Below, piece after piece: positions 48,301 through 61,260 of a DNA stretch of 64,000 bases. The translations under genes were made by a program, and so were the position numbers. How positions within the stretch are numbered: the stretch's first letter is position 1; every line of letters begins with the position of its first letter. The stretch comes from Camelus ferus (Eukaryota): the NCBI RefSeq assembly GCF_009834535.1, contig NC_045696.1:23872001-23936000 (forward strand). Reading direction: 5' to 3'. The notes under the pieces are model-generated. The model was not told the DNA's origin. It saw nothing but the letters and a program-made list of their open reading frames with translations, and made no database searches.

Positions 48301-49424
48301 GCCCATCCCAAGATGATGTGCATTTTTGCATACTCATAATTAAAAACTATACAACTCTTAATTATGTTTGCTGAGAGTTTTGAATGACATTGAAAAATGC
48401 TTAGTTATAATGTAAATAAAATCATAGAATTCAGAATCACATATATGGTGTGATTTTAATTATTTCAAATATATGGCAAAAAAATTTAGTAAGAAATTAA
48501 TTTAGGTAAAAGATTAATTTTTTGAATTCCACATTCTTTAATGTATAAAAATATGAGTAGAATTAAAAGTAAATTAAAGATTTTCACATTAGTTTACACC
48601 ATGATCTAATTCTTCATATTAACTTTACTATTCAAACAAGGGAAAGTAGGTGGCAATTTAGGAACTGGGAAAGAGACGGGGTTCCTCAAGGCATACCTTT
48701 GTTCCTCCTGCTTATGGGTGTTTTTCTTTTCCTTGCCATTTAGAGAAGGTCACCAAGTCCCTGTGTTCTCTTTAACTCAACTGAAATTTAGTGGGAGGGA
48801 GGGCCAAAAGCGAAAGTTGCCAGACATTCAGTAGATCCCACAACCACCTCCACCCAGCCTCCTAGAGGCGAGGTTATGCCAGGTTACGGGAATGGTGGCC
48901 AGGAGGCAAACGTTTTCTGAAGGAGGCTAAGTGGAAACAGGAGACTTGGCCAGAAGTATAGGAAGCTTTTCCCATCACTGGGAAGTAGGTGGGATTTTTT
49001 TCCAGGTTCCTTAGTTAGAGGAGACCTGTCTCCATTTCCATGGTGACACTCAGTCCAGTAGTAACATGACTTGGAGGGATAATACAAACGTGTAGTGAAG
49101 GACTGGGGAAAACAGAGATGGTCAGGGCTGAGTAGTCAAAACCATATCAAAGATCCCTATGCCTGGCTTTAAAAAGTTAGATAACTGTAGTGACCAGTGC
49201 GGAATGAAGATGAAAAAATCCCTTTCCAGAATGGTCTTGAGACTGTGAAAGATCACATAAAACTTTTTTGGAAGATATCACTTCACCCAACGTCCATGCA
49301 GTATAGTGGTTAATAATGATTAAGCCTTTCCTCCAACTTCTGCTGGTGAGGCCTTAGATTACATTTGATTTGAAGATTAAAAGGAGTATGACATTCCAGG
49401 CAGAGAAAAGACGCAGGAAAGCCT

Positions 49425-49540
49425 CAACAGTTGTTCTCTTTAGGTAATAGGATTGTGGGTGATTTTTTTTTCTTTATAATTTGCTGTATTTTCAAGTTTT
49501 CTGTGATTGTCACTTGTTACTTACAGAATCATAAAACCAA
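49425..49540 (+). mobile_element. L1ME/L1MC 3' terminal fragment
   Basis: 'acagttgttctctttaggtaataggattgtgggtgatttt...ctgtattttcaagttttct'. Confidence 0.55.
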
Positions 49541-50749
49541 TTACTTTTTTTAAACTCTTATTAGTTATGTCACTTCAGTGTCCATCTGGCTTAGTCATGC
49601 CTTATTTTCATCTAGACATTTTTACACTGCAAATGTTTGTTACAAGTAGGACAGTGAGGATTTTTCTCTAGAATCTAGTCCTAGAATTTGCATTTAGATA
49701 TATGTAAATGAAAGCAATTGAGGCCAACATTATTCTATATCCTACTTGAAAAGAATTTTTTTAAATGTTAAGGAAAACCAGAGGGATTTAATCAGTTTGT
49801 TCCATGCTGAACTTTAAGTCCAGGATCAGGCCCATAAATAATGACAGGGGCCAGACTAGTGCCATGAATGAAAGAAGCAACACTTTGACTAATGCTCCTG
49901 AGTGGTCATTTTGGCAACTAACTCCAACTTTGAGAAAAGGAAAATTGGGCCAAGTATACAGACCTAACAGAAAACCTGCACAGGCTGCTTGCACAAAAAG
50001 ACCAGCTACTTTGCAATTTCTCCTTGAGTCAATCACTGCTTTATAGTTATAGTTACTCTCTTCAATTAGATATGAACTGATACCCAAAATAGATGGACTG
50101 TGTCAAGTTACTTTATCCCAGACTCAAGCAACTCTATTACAATCTTTTGTAGAAACTAGCACTCTTTAAAGACCATCTTGAGACAGATCTGTCTTTGGCC
50201 ACACCCCCAAATGCAAAGTGGATCTTGGGCTTCAGCTCAGCACCAGGTCAAGGTCAGGCTTCCAAGGGACTTCCTGTGTCGGCCTCACATGTCTGAGGTT
50301 GTCTGAAGAATCCCAGTTGCTTGCTATCAATCCTTTCTTCCGTGTCCCACAGTCTCCCCTGTGATTTGCCTTCTGGTTTTTGCAAGAACATTTGCTTCCA
50401 GAGCACTGTTTTCCCCTGAGCCACACCACTGTGTTTCTGAGTTTATTGTCCATTTGTAAGATCGCTGAATAAATGCAAACTAGATCCTAATGCTCAGCCT
50501 TGCAGGATTTCCGTGAGCCTGCTTGCCTGTCTCCCTGACTGTGTTAGACACACCTTAGAGGCGTGCTTCGGCACCTGCTTGCTATCCAAGGCTGTGGACT
50601 GAATCATCTCTGCTAAAATATCTGCCCCTTGGTATCATCTCCTCCCACCCATCTCTCGCAGTGATGGAAGAGTCTGTCCTTTTACCATTGGTCTTTACTC
50701 TCTAACAAATCAGCTTTGTGCCTGGTCACGTTTCACTTCTCATACAACT

Positions 50750-51530
50750 ACGTTTAATAAACCATTTGTTGAGTATCTACCTCATGCTGGGACTATTTCA
50801 GGTGACACAAAGATGAATAAACTTAGATCTTTGTCTTTAAGAAATTCATACTTTAGTGGGTATATTTGTTTCTTCAGGTAGCCTTAACAAAGTACCACAA
50901 ACTTGGTAGCTTAGAGCAACGGAAATGTATTGTCTCACCGTTCTGGTGGCTATTTCTGAAATCCAGGTGTTGGCAGGGGTGACTCTTTCTATGAGCCGGA
51001 GGGAGACTGTTCCTTGCCTTTTCCCCAGCTGTTGGTAGCCTCGGGTGTCCGTTGGCTTATAGATGGTGTTCTTTCTGTGCCCACACATTATCTTCCCTCT
51101 GTACCCATCTGGGTCCAAATTCTCCCTTTTTATAAGGAAACCATCATATTGGATTAAGGACCTACCTTCCTCTAGTATGATCTCATCTTAACTTAGCTAA
51201 TTGCATGTCCCAAGCCTATTTATACATAAGACAGTCTCAGAGAGTGGGGGGTTAGGATTTCAACATGTGAATTTTTTGGGGAAACATTTTAACTTGCAAC
51301 AGTGGGCAAAATGCATATAAAAAGAATTAATCGGAATAAATTATGAGAAGCTAAATATTTAAGATAAACACTATGGTCTAGTGAAGCTCAGAGAAGTGTT
51401 GCATTACGACTGAGGTAGACTGGGCAGGGTTGAGTCATGGCAGAATGAAGCTGTCATTTGAACAGTAAGATAAGGATTCTCTGGCGGTGCTGTCACAGGG
51501 CAGAGAAGAATGTCCCACTGCACGTGAGCG
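50750..51530 (-). mobile_element. L2 fragment split by an MLT1 insertion
   Basis: 'catttgttgagtatctac...aagatgaataa...aagaaattcatactttagtggg' resumes as 'gtgggcaaaatgcatata...' after 51301. Confidence 0.7.
50861..51301 (-). mobile_element. MaLR solo LTR (MLT1B-like)
   Basis: Perfect 5-bp TSD gtggg (50856-50860 / 51302-51306); 'taacaaagtaccacaaacttggtagcttag', 'ttataaggaaaccatcatattggattaagg'. Confidence 0.92.
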
Positions 51531-52639
51531 TATCAAAGCCTCCCCCGTCTGTGGACAGCAGGCCAGAGTGACTGGGCTCCTCAGGGCACTCCTTTGACCC
51601 ATCTCTGAGTCCACCGCAGAGAAAATGGTTTCTCCACAATGTACGCTGAGCATCTAATATCTGGGTGTCAGAGTCTACTGCACTTATCAGATTTATGAGA
51701 TAAAATTGCTAGAGGGCGGAAGTACCAAAAAGTATGAGTAATTAAAACACTGAGCTGCAATATTATTAAAGGTATATTAAAATCAATGACATCCATTTGA
51801 AAAGATATATTTCACACCCTGTCCTCCACAGTGGGAGATGTGGCTGAGCAGAAACAGGTCAAGCAGGGAGGATTGTTAATGAAGGTCCTTGTGGAAAAGG
51901 CTGCCGGAGACAAAATGAGTTAAAATCTTTATTGTGTCTTGACAGCCCACATGAATCTATGATGATGATAAATGTTCTCATTTAGAACTTTTTCTTTTCC
52001 TGAGACGTTTTCCACGCTATCTCCAATTTGCTTTGAATTTCTCAAAAGACATATGTTCTCAAAAGAAAGTCTTTGCTTGCTTTTCATTAAGTAAGATCTT
52101 ATCAGGATGTTTGCATGTGACATCACGTTTGAACTATTAATCTTATGACAGGATATTAAAAAGGGGGGAGGGGAATTCCTTAACAGGTTGAGGGCCATTA
52201 CACTTGAGAAACAGCCCTCCACACCCAACAACAAGCACCAGCCCAGGAACTGCAGCTGGAATGATTAATAAGCACTTTCCTGAAGCTAACACTTCAGGTA
52301 AGAAGGTTGCTCCTTAGAAGGGTGCCCAGTGGACAGTGGAAGCTATGATGGCTTATGAGCTTACAATGAAGCTTACAGTCCTGCTGGATCATGGACCTGC
52401 AGGACCCTGGCAGGGCACCAGGGGATGGTTGTTAATTCTCACTGACATTAAGGCTTCTCCAGTACTGAGACACAACCAGTGGGGCAACATGCAGATCTAG
52501 GGTGAAAGGAAGGATGGTAATTCCCAATCGCTACTATAACAACTCTATAAATTACAAAAACACATTCACACTTGTCCATACACACACAAATACACACGCA
52601 GACAACACTCAAACAGACCACACAGAAACTGGCTTAAGA

Positions 52640-53150
52640 TGAGGCTTTCACAGTAAGGGAAGTCTAGACTCGCTGGGTCATAAGACTGTAATAAGGACTT
52701 TGATATTTATCCTAAGAGCAATGGAAAATCTTTGATGGATATTAAGCAAGAAAATACATCATCATATTTGCATTTTTCAAAGGCTATTTTGGCTGCAGGG
52801 TAGGCATAGAGACAGAGCTATGGATAAGCACAGTGGACTACCTTGGCTGGGGCAGGCCTAGTGCAGGTAAGAAAAGTGTATAAAGCCCAGCGATATTTTG
52901 CATGTTAAATCAAAGGACTTGATGGTGGCTTGAATACTAGGAATGGGAAAGAAGATGATGTTAGAAGACTTCCAGTTTTTTGGGCATACAACCATGGAGG
53001 TTTTGGGCATATCCTCCCATGGAGGATATTGAACTTATGGAGACAAAAAGGATTGGGGATACTATGGACATGAGGTCATGAATTGGATTTGGAACATGTT
53101 GGGTTTACAAAGACTATAAAATATTTCAGTAGGAATGTTACATTGGGTAT
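52640..53150 (-). mobile_element. L2 internal fragment
   Basis: 'aaggactttgatatttatcctaagagcaatggaaaatc...tttgcatttttcaaaggctattttggctgcagggt', 'tttggaacatgttgggttt'. Confidence 0.7.
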
Positions 53151-54329
53151 GCCCATGCCTTCATGTAGCCTGGCGTCTGATGGACTCAATACGGTCAAGC
53201 TACCTCTTATTTGTTTTGCTAAATCAATCTTTAAGTTTCTTTTTTCCTAATTGCAAACATTTTTGTAATTGGAAAGAATAAGAAATCTTAGAATCGTGTC
53301 ACACTTATAAACTAAATGCACACAAAATGACCCAAGAAATGCTCTTTTTTTTCTTTTTTTTTTTTGGCCAGGAAAAATGTTGTCATTTGAAGGAGCAGAT
53401 ATCAGTACAGGGGTCGAGGATCAACCAGAGCAGCAAAAAAATGTGGCAAGGTCTGGTCAACATTGGTTAGGTTGTCAGAGAAATGGGGTTTATTATTTGC
53501 AGGGAATTATATAGGTTCTTGCCATATGTTAAGCAGCTTTTTCTATTCTTCTCCGGACTATATCCAATTGGTGCCTCAGTTTAGGGGAATACAGAGCGTG
53601 GCTACACAGTACAGGTCAGCCATATGTTGGGGCAAAGCCTGCATTCAGACCACTCACTGAGGCAGAGATCTGTCTGCTCCACGTTTCCTGTCCCTCCAAC
53701 TAGTTTGAGACATCTCAGAATTTTCCTTAATATTATTCTGAGCCAGTCTTTGAAGCAAATGTCAAGTATTTTATCTCCTTTTCCCTAAAAGCGAGAATGG
53801 GTTGCTAGGGGATAAACCCAAGTCAGTCATAAAGCATTTCCAAGGGGAGGACATATGGAATGAAAATGATAATTCTTGTCTTGTTTAACAAGCTCTCGTG
53901 GCAGCTCCTGGGGGCAGTAAAATTTATACTCCTACCAGAACAGCCCCTGAATATGGCATCAGCCTGGGATAGGGGTGGCCATGGAAAACCGAGACTAGAG
54001 CAGTTGTCAGCTCCCCTTTATATGACTGAATAGTTTGTCTCTGCTCCGCCTGGGAGGTTTATATCTCATGGGGTGGAAGAGGGTGTAAACAGATCAGAAA
54101 TTTTTTTACGGAATCCTTTCTCAGAAAAAGGATGACTGTTGAGTGTGGACTGAGTAGAGTGGAATCGAGTTTGAATTTTACATAATCTAAAGCTGAAGAC
54201 TGGGGATGGATTTGCACTCTTTGGGCTGCCATGGGCTGAGGGACAGCTAGACTGGGAGAGAGATCCCAGATGGATTTGGGGGGATGAAGTGGTGGAGGCC
54301 ATCCTATGGCCTCTAAGTACACCAAAGTC

Positions 54330-54512
54330 CGCAGTAACACTGGGTTCATTCAAATGCTTATTCTTTATGAGTCTCAATCTTCTCATCAGTAAAATGGAAA
54401 CAATGAAGACTTGCCTTACAAGGTTCTTGTGAAGATTAAATGAATGAAGGACACAGTGCATTAGACCTGCACTTGTCACCTGCCAGGAGCTCTATCCACA
54501 GCAGGTTATTAT
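54330..54512 (+). mobile_element. MIR SINE
   Basis: 'gagtctcaatcttctcatcagtaaaatggaaacaatga...ggttcttgtgaagattaaatga'. Confidence 0.8.
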
Positions 54513-54774
54513 TGAAATAAAGACTAAAGTATTCTTGTTAAGAAATCGTTACAGAACATAATTTTTATCAGTTATTGTATATAAGATTCTCATATAAAAT
54601 GCATTTTCTATCTAAAATGAAAAAATTACACTTCTGCATTTTGTCATGAGATATAATAATTCATGTTAGTAGAAGAATAAATTCTCTTTCACCTACAAAA
54701 ACTGATGGGAATGCAGGCCATGCTTAAGAATTTGTGATGATGTTGAAAGTGATATCATAATTATAAGACCTTAT

Positions 54775-54903
54775 GGGGAGGGTATAGCTCAGAGGTTGAA
54801 CATGTGCTTAGCATCCACAAAGTCTTGGGTTCAATCCCCAGTACCTCCATTAAAAATAAAAAATAAATAAATAAATAAACCTAATAACCCCCCCACTGCA
54901 AAA
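54775..54903 (+). mobile_element. Camelid tRNA-derived SINE (Vic-1 type), full length
   Basis: 'ggggagggtatagctcagaggttgaacatgtgcttagc...gggttcaatccccagtacctccattaaaaataaa...aaacctaataacccccc'; A/B boxes; 9-bp TSD aagacctta at 54765-54773 and 54904-54912. Confidence 0.92.
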
Positions 54904-55276
54904 AAGACCTTAAATATTGCTTTTGTTTAACAAAAGACATCACTGGTCATTTCTGATGGGGTTAAGAGAAGTCCCAGAGAAGTTCTTAAAGGAAGAAGAG
55001 TGAGGACAAGAAAACTGAACTGCTCTGCAAAATAAAGGAAGAGGAATTTTTACGTTAGCCCTGGGTCTGTAGTTACATAGGAGAATCATGGTAAAACAAT
55101 GTGTTCCATGTTTGAGGCTGAAGGATGGGATGAAAAGAACAGTGACAGGAGAGGAATTAAAAAAAAAAAAAAAAAACGGAGGGAGAGGTAATTAGGCAAA
55201 AGGTAAGCTTTCTGCAAATCTTTGCAAATACAGGCAGAGAATGATGACTCTCTCAAGTTAGGTGTGATCAGGAAAC

Positions 55277-55348
55277 TCTACCTATCTGTCTGTCTATCTA
55301 TTTATCTGTCTATGTTTCTATCTACCTACCTACCTATCCATCTATCCA
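55277..55348 (+). repeat. Degenerate (TCTA/CCTA/TCTG)n microsatellite
   Basis: Seen directly. Confidence 0.85.
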
Positions 55349-56139
55349 TGAGTAACCCGCTCCTAGAGCTATGCAAGAAGACTCTAAGTTGTCCCACAAG
55401 ACTGAAGGACCCCAAGTAGAGCACACTTGGGTGACATTTTGTCTACTCTTCTGCTCTTGTTCCAGGGTTGTTGTCAGTGTTTGCACATCTAGCACATGTA
55501 CATTGAGACCCACTGAGTATCCAGAGCTGAAACTATGACTCTGTAAATATTTCTAAACCACATGCCTTGAAACAAAGTTTGAATTATGCTGATGCAATTG
55601 AGGCTTTCTCTGAAATATTCTAGAAATGTTCCCCTTAGAGATATGAGGGCATAACCTAAGTCAAAATTTTGACATGAATATATCCTCTTAGGGCAAGACA
55701 GACTACTCCGAGGGAGCAGCAGCATGGATGGTCTTGGGTGATGGCTTTGCTTGCAGTATCCTCTACCTACATCAAACCAAAAATATAAAGCTCTTCATAA
55801 AAACTCATTATTTTTACTGTCCGTGTGGGGAAGCTCCCAGCGCTGGTCTGGCCTAAGTGAGCTCTGAACCAATTTACAACCTATTGAGGTCCACCTTGTC
55901 ATATTGCAGATGTTGGCACTGGAACTGGCGTGTTCCTCTTTGCTGCAGGAATTTTGCTAACGAGTTCAGGAACTTTCTTATCTTGGCCCTCTGATGGCTA
56001 AAGTTGAGAATGATCCTGACGGAACCTCCCCATTTCTGCCATGTCTATACTGAACTTCATTGTTGATTTTTTATTCTTCCTTTTGATGAGAAATTAAAGA
56101 TGAATTTCCTGTCTATATGAGAAATTGCTATTTTATTTT

Positions 56140-56335
56140 CTATGGTTACCATCGCTCCTAGTAAAACAACCCTGATTTTTATAGATGGGCACATTGCCAC
56201 CCATCCAAAGATATATTTCCCTTGCAGCCAAGTAAGGGCAAGTGACTGAGTTCTTGCCAACAAGATGTAAGCTGAAGTGTAGTATGGCACTTTTGGAAAG
56301 CCTCTTTTAAAAAGGAGGGGCACCGTCTCCTACTT
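56140..56335 (+). mobile_element. Old MaLR LTR fragment (MLT1I/J-like)
   Basis: 'tccttgcagccaagtaagggcaagtgactgagttcttgccaacaagatgtaagctgaagtg...cacttttggaaag'. Confidence 0.7.
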
Positions 56336-56504
56336 TATCTTGGTAGATGTCAGAAGTCTGGGGATTATTTTATGTGTTGACCAGAAAGTTTTAGTGATCT
56401 ACCTCCTCCCCTTAGCTAACTCACATTCTACGTTCCAGCTTTTGCAAAACAACATTCCAGGAATTAATTTTAATATATTTAGTGGCCCTTTACTTGAAAT
56501 GATT

Positions 56505-56780
56505 AAAAAAAAAAACCACTCAATTCAAACTGGCTTAAGAGAAAAGGGGAATTTATTGATGAAGCAATCCAAGGATAACATTGACTTCAGGTAGGACTTG
56601 TTTGCAAATGTGGCCAGGTTCCATCTATTGGTCTTCTGATTCTGTTCCTTTCTCAGATTCCATATGGTGGCCACCAGTTGCCTCAAACCCATACCAGAAT
56701 AATATCTTTGAGGTCTTGCTCTTCTGAGGCAAATGGAAATAATTTTGCTAAAAGAAATGGGAAGAAATTCTAGGTAGACT
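56505..56780 (-). mobile_element. Old MaLR LTR fragment (MLT1K/L-like)
   Basis: 'aattcaaactggcttaagagaaaaggggaatttattg...gacttcagg'. Confidence 0.6.
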
Positions 56781-56788
56781 TCCCCCCG

Positions 56789-56789
<1 letters not shown>

Positions 56790-56837
<48 letters not shown>
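56790..56837 (+). repeat. (CA)24 microsatellite
   Basis: Seen directly; pure repeat, likely polymorphic. Confidence 0.95.
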
Positions 56838-56840
<3 letters not shown>

Positions 56841-57169
56841 CTCACCATACAAATCCATTTAACATGTGGGTGGAAAATTGAGGCTCACTGGTGTTTCCTC
56901 ACAGTCTGCATTTGGGAAGAGCCTATAAGCCTGGATTCCTTGTATGAGGTACTGAGTCATAGAAAACATGTAGTTTAACCCAAATCTCACCAGCCCAGCG
57001 GAGAGAGCAGTGCTGTAAAACTATTGTGTAAATAATTTGTCTTTTTGGCTTGGTTCCTGTGAGTCCTTTTTGTCCCTGAGAACCCTGAAGAATGAACACT
57101 AACATCAGAGAAGCCCAACACTAAGTGACTAAGATAACAGTAGCTGTGTAGCACCTCTTGCTGACATAC

Positions 57170-57543
57170 TGTGATAATTAATTTGATGTGTCAACTTGGT
57201 TGGGCCCCCATTCCCAGATATTTGTACAAACACTGGTCAGGATGTTGCTTGAAGGCATTTATTTAGATGAGATTAACATTTAAGTTTGTAGCCTTTGGTG
57301 GATTACTATCCATGATGGGGGTGAACTTCACCCAGTCAGTTGAAGGCTTTAAGAGAAGACTGAGGTTCTCCTAGGAAGAGGGACTTCTACGTACAGACTG
57401 TCTTTGGACTCAGGCTGTTTCCTGAGGTTTCCAGCTTGTTGGTGTATCTGTCCTGCAGAGTTTGGACTCGCCAGCCTCCACAGCCACGTGAGCCAATTCG
57501 TTATAATCAGTCTCTCTCTCTCTCTCACCACGCAGGTGTGAGC

Positions 57544-57593
<50 letters not shown>

Positions 57594-57629
57594 CCTATTC
57601 TGTCTTTCTGGAGAACTCTAAGTAACAGA
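57170..57629 (+). mobile_element. ERVL solo LTR (MLT2B-like) containing (CT)n and (CA)~23
   Basis: 'tgtgataattaatttgatgtgtcaacttgg', 'ttagatgagattaacatttaa', 'ccagcctccacagccacgtgagccaattc', 'ctggagaactct'; perfect 5-bp TSD catac at 57165-57169 and 57630-57634. Confidence 0.92.
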
Positions 57630-57679
57630 CATACCAATGTGATATGGTACTAATACACTGGGCAGAGCCAACTTAGCCC

Positions 57680-58143
57680 TTGACTAGTGTCCCATTGTTG
57701 CTATAACATATGAACATATATTTGGTGTATTAAAACAGCATAAAGTTATTATCATGTAGTTTTGGAGGTTAGAAGTCTGACACAGGTGTCACTGGGCTAG
57801 ATGAGAGTGTCACCAGGGCTGCATTCCTTCTGGCGGCTCTAGGAAAGAATCCACCCCCTGGCCTTTTCCCATCTGTAAGTCGCTTGCATCCCTTGGCCCC
57901 TGGGTGCTCCTAAAGCCTGCAGTGTGGCATCTTCTAATCTCTCTCTAGGTCGGACTCCCCTGGCTTTCTCTTATAAGAACCCCTGTGATTACCCTGAGCT
58001 CTCCTGGATAACCCAGGATAATCTCCCTTAAAGTCTTTAATTGCACCTGCCAAGTCCCTTTTGTCACATAAAATAACAGATTCACAGGTTCCAGGGATTA
58101 GGACACAGACATATTGTGCGAGTCTTTAATTCTGTGTACCAGT
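57680..58143 (-). mobile_element. MaLR solo LTR (MLT1D-like)
   Basis: 'cagggctgcattccttctggcggctctaggaaagaatcc', 'ctggataacccaggataatctccc', 'attcacaggttccagggattaggac'. Confidence 0.88.
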
Positions 58144-58184
58144 ACCCTTTTTAAAAGACTGGCATTTTGTGATGCATTCGGTTA

Positions 58185-58690
58185 CCCATGCAGCAAGAAT
58201 TTCCTGAGCACCCGCCGCTTGCTGTGAGCTGGGACAATTTTGTGCTGTTCTGGAAGCTGGCATATTGGCCAACAGTGAACAAGACAGATCTGGATTTCAC
58301 ACTCACAGAGTTGACATCTAATAAGGCTAGACACAAGACAGACAAGTAAAGAAATGTATCAATAAGGTTAATTACAAATTTCAATAGATTTATAACAAAT
58401 CTGAAAAAAATAATGGATTCGTGTGATGACTGGAGGTGGAGTGGGTGGCTTCTAAGGTGAAGCTTTTTGAGCTGCAACTCAAATTGGAAGAAGCCTCCAA
58501 TCATATCAAGATGTGTGGAAAGAACATCTCAGGTAGAGGAAATGGCACTGCTCAGGCCTCAGGTAGTGATGAGTGCGACGTGTTAGAGAAAAAATTCACA
58601 GTAGAACACAGGGGAAGGGTGGTACCAGATGGTGTCAGAGATGGGAGCAGAGCCGGGTCATGCAGGACTTCGTGGGCTTTGGATTTATCA
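58185..58690 (-). mobile_element. L2 (L2a-like) fragment
   Basis: 'cagtgaacaagacag...ctcacagagttgacatcta', 'aagaacatctcaggtagaggaaatggc', 'gtcagagatgggagcagagccgggtcatgcagg'. Confidence 0.8.
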
Positions 58691-59499
58691 AAGGGCTTAA
58701 GGAACCATCATTTTTTCCTTCCACGGGGTGTTCTTTGGTAGAGAAATATGATCTCACTAAGGACCTGCTAACCAGGTGAGCTACTGGTAGCCCTTTTCTG
58801 GCTGAGGACAGTTTGTCAAGACTCCTTCATTCAGGCCCTATCCCTGCATGCAATTTTATTTTTCCCATAGGTTACTTCCTACCACACCAACTGTTTCCCA
58901 TAGTCAACACCCCTGCAGAATTTAAGCAGTTAGCAAAAATTCTTGAGATTACAGGTAAATATCTGAATTTGCTCATCATTCTTCAGATGCATTTTACCCA
59001 TGTGGAAATACGCACAGAATATTCATAGGAAAAAAGAAAATTAGATTTGTTGTCTCCTCCCTAGCTCAACGATTTAGTATTAGCATCTTATCACTACCCA
59101 ATAAAAAATTATAGGTGCTCCCTGCCTCTCCCCCCACCTCAGCTTAACTAGGTTTCACTAAAATCTATTTTAGGTTTCTTCCCTTTGCAACAGGAGAAAG
59201 TCTCTGTTTCTCAACACATATAAACCTGCAGGAAGAAGAGCTGAAAGTAAAGGAGAAAATTGATTTGGTAACCTTGCAGTATAATTCACCTTGGGGGAAA
59301 AAAGTCACAACTGTATTTTTAAAGTCCAAATAAAAAGAAATGTATCCTTTGCTGTGTGGGCAGTTAGGTCAGGAATCAGGAACCTAGTTAAGTAGCAATT
59401 TGAGAATCACAGTCAGAAAATAGCAAATAAACAAGAAGTGTTAGGGAAAAAAAATAAACAAAACAGCAAACAAGGACTGGCTTGTTCCTTGGTGAATAT

Positions 59500-61260
59500 C
59501 AACCTCTTGCTCTATGTATGGTCTTCTCCACATCTGTGTCCCTGTCTCCTTTCCCCTGTGTCCACACTCATTTTCATTAATTTATGGTTTATCCTTTCTG
59601 TGCTCCTTTTAGCAAAAATAAGCAGATACATGTATTCTTATTGTCTTTTCTTTCTTGAAATGAAGGAGGTGTATTTCCCCTGTACTTTGCTTTTTTGTCC
59701 ACATATCTTTGAAATCACTTCATGTCAATTTCTCTTTCTGTCTCTGTCTCTGTCTTTGTCTCTCTCTGTGTCTGTCCTCGTGGTTTCACAGTACTTCATT
59801 TTATGATTATACTATAAATTATTCAGTGTCTCATGAATGAATGGCTATTTGGGTTACTTTCTGTAAATTGCTATTATATCTAATGATGCATATATAACTT
59901 TGGTTTGTATCTGTGGGAGTGTATCTTCAGGCAAATTCCTAGAAGTGGGATTGCTACATCAAAGGGTCAAAGGGTAAATGAACATGTAGTTTTGTCAGAC
60001 ATTGCCAAATTCCCTCCCAGTGGGATTGAACCATTTTGCACTACCATCAGCAATTTGTGAGTGCCTATTTCTCCGAATTGCCTCACCAGCAGAATGGGTT
60101 GTTAGGTTTTTAAAATTTTTGATAGTCTGATAGTTAAGTCATATCACACAGTAAATTGAATTAGCATTTCTCTTATTATGAGTGGAGCTGTGTACTTTTC
60201 TTATATTTATATACCAGATGTAAATCTTTTATGAAATTGTATATTCGTTGTTTTGCCCACTTCTTCTATTTGATTTTGATATTTTTCTCCCTTTGATAGT
60301 ACAGAATTCTGTATTAAGGAAATCAGCCTTTTATCCAGAACATTTCAGATATTTTTACACAGTGTAATTTTCTTTAGATTTTACTTACTGTTTCTTTGTT
60401 GTGCAATTTGTTTCTATTTAGTAAAATTTACTAGTCTTTTATTGTAACTGGACTTCGAATTTAGTAAGGCTTTCTTTACTCTAAGATTACAGAAAATTCA
60501 CTCATGTTTTCTGCTAATAATCATACGGTCTCATTTTTTACACTTACATTTCAGATTCCTTTGGAATTTTTTTCTGGTGCATTGTGTGAGATATAAATCT
60601 AATTTTATCTTTTTTCCAAATGGTTATCCAGCTGTCCCAAATTTATAAAATGTCCATATTTTCCCCAGTTTTTTGAGCTATTACTTATATGAAATTTTCA
60701 TATGCACTTGGCTTTATTCCTAGGCTTTCTACTAGGTTTCATTGGCATATCTATTTGTGGCCCAGTATCACACTTTTTAAATCAAGTCTTAATAGTATAT
60801 TTTAATACCTGGTGGGGCTAGTTCTCCCATATTCTTCTTTTCCAGGGATTTCCAAGCTATTCTTGCATGTTTATTTTTTCATATGATCTCCAAAACAACT
60901 TATTTTGATCTGTGAAAAAAATCTTATTATTTGTATAAGAATTGCATTAAATTTATATATTGAGTTGAGGAAAATCTTTATGATGTTGAATTATTTTATG
61001 CAATAACAGATATTTCCTTCTATTTCTTTAAGTCTTTATCTTTATCAGAAGTGCTCTCAAGTTCTCATCATATATGTTTTGCCGATTTCTTATAAAGTTT
61101 CCTCTTAGATTTTGGGAGAGAGGGGAAGAATGTAACAGAGATTTTTTCATGGCAACTTCTAATTGTTTACTTTCTATGCATATGTAAGTCACTAAATTTT
61201 ATATCTGGTTGCCAAAGCTGAATGTCGTTTGTGTTAGTTTTATCTTCGATCCTCCTCATT
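59500..61260 (-). mobile_element. LINE-1 (L1ME-class) 3' portion
   Basis: 'aaattcctagaagtgggattgct...tcaaagggtaaatg...gacattgccaaatt', 'tggttatccagctgtccca', 'aattgcattaaatttatatatt'; (CTCTGT)n at ~59731-59776. Confidence 0.85.

Noticed and set aside
54775..54850. tRNA gene (A box and B box present; likewise 29365-29438)
   Set aside because: No proper cloverleaf, and it has an A-rich tail and TSD, so it is a tRNA-derived SINE
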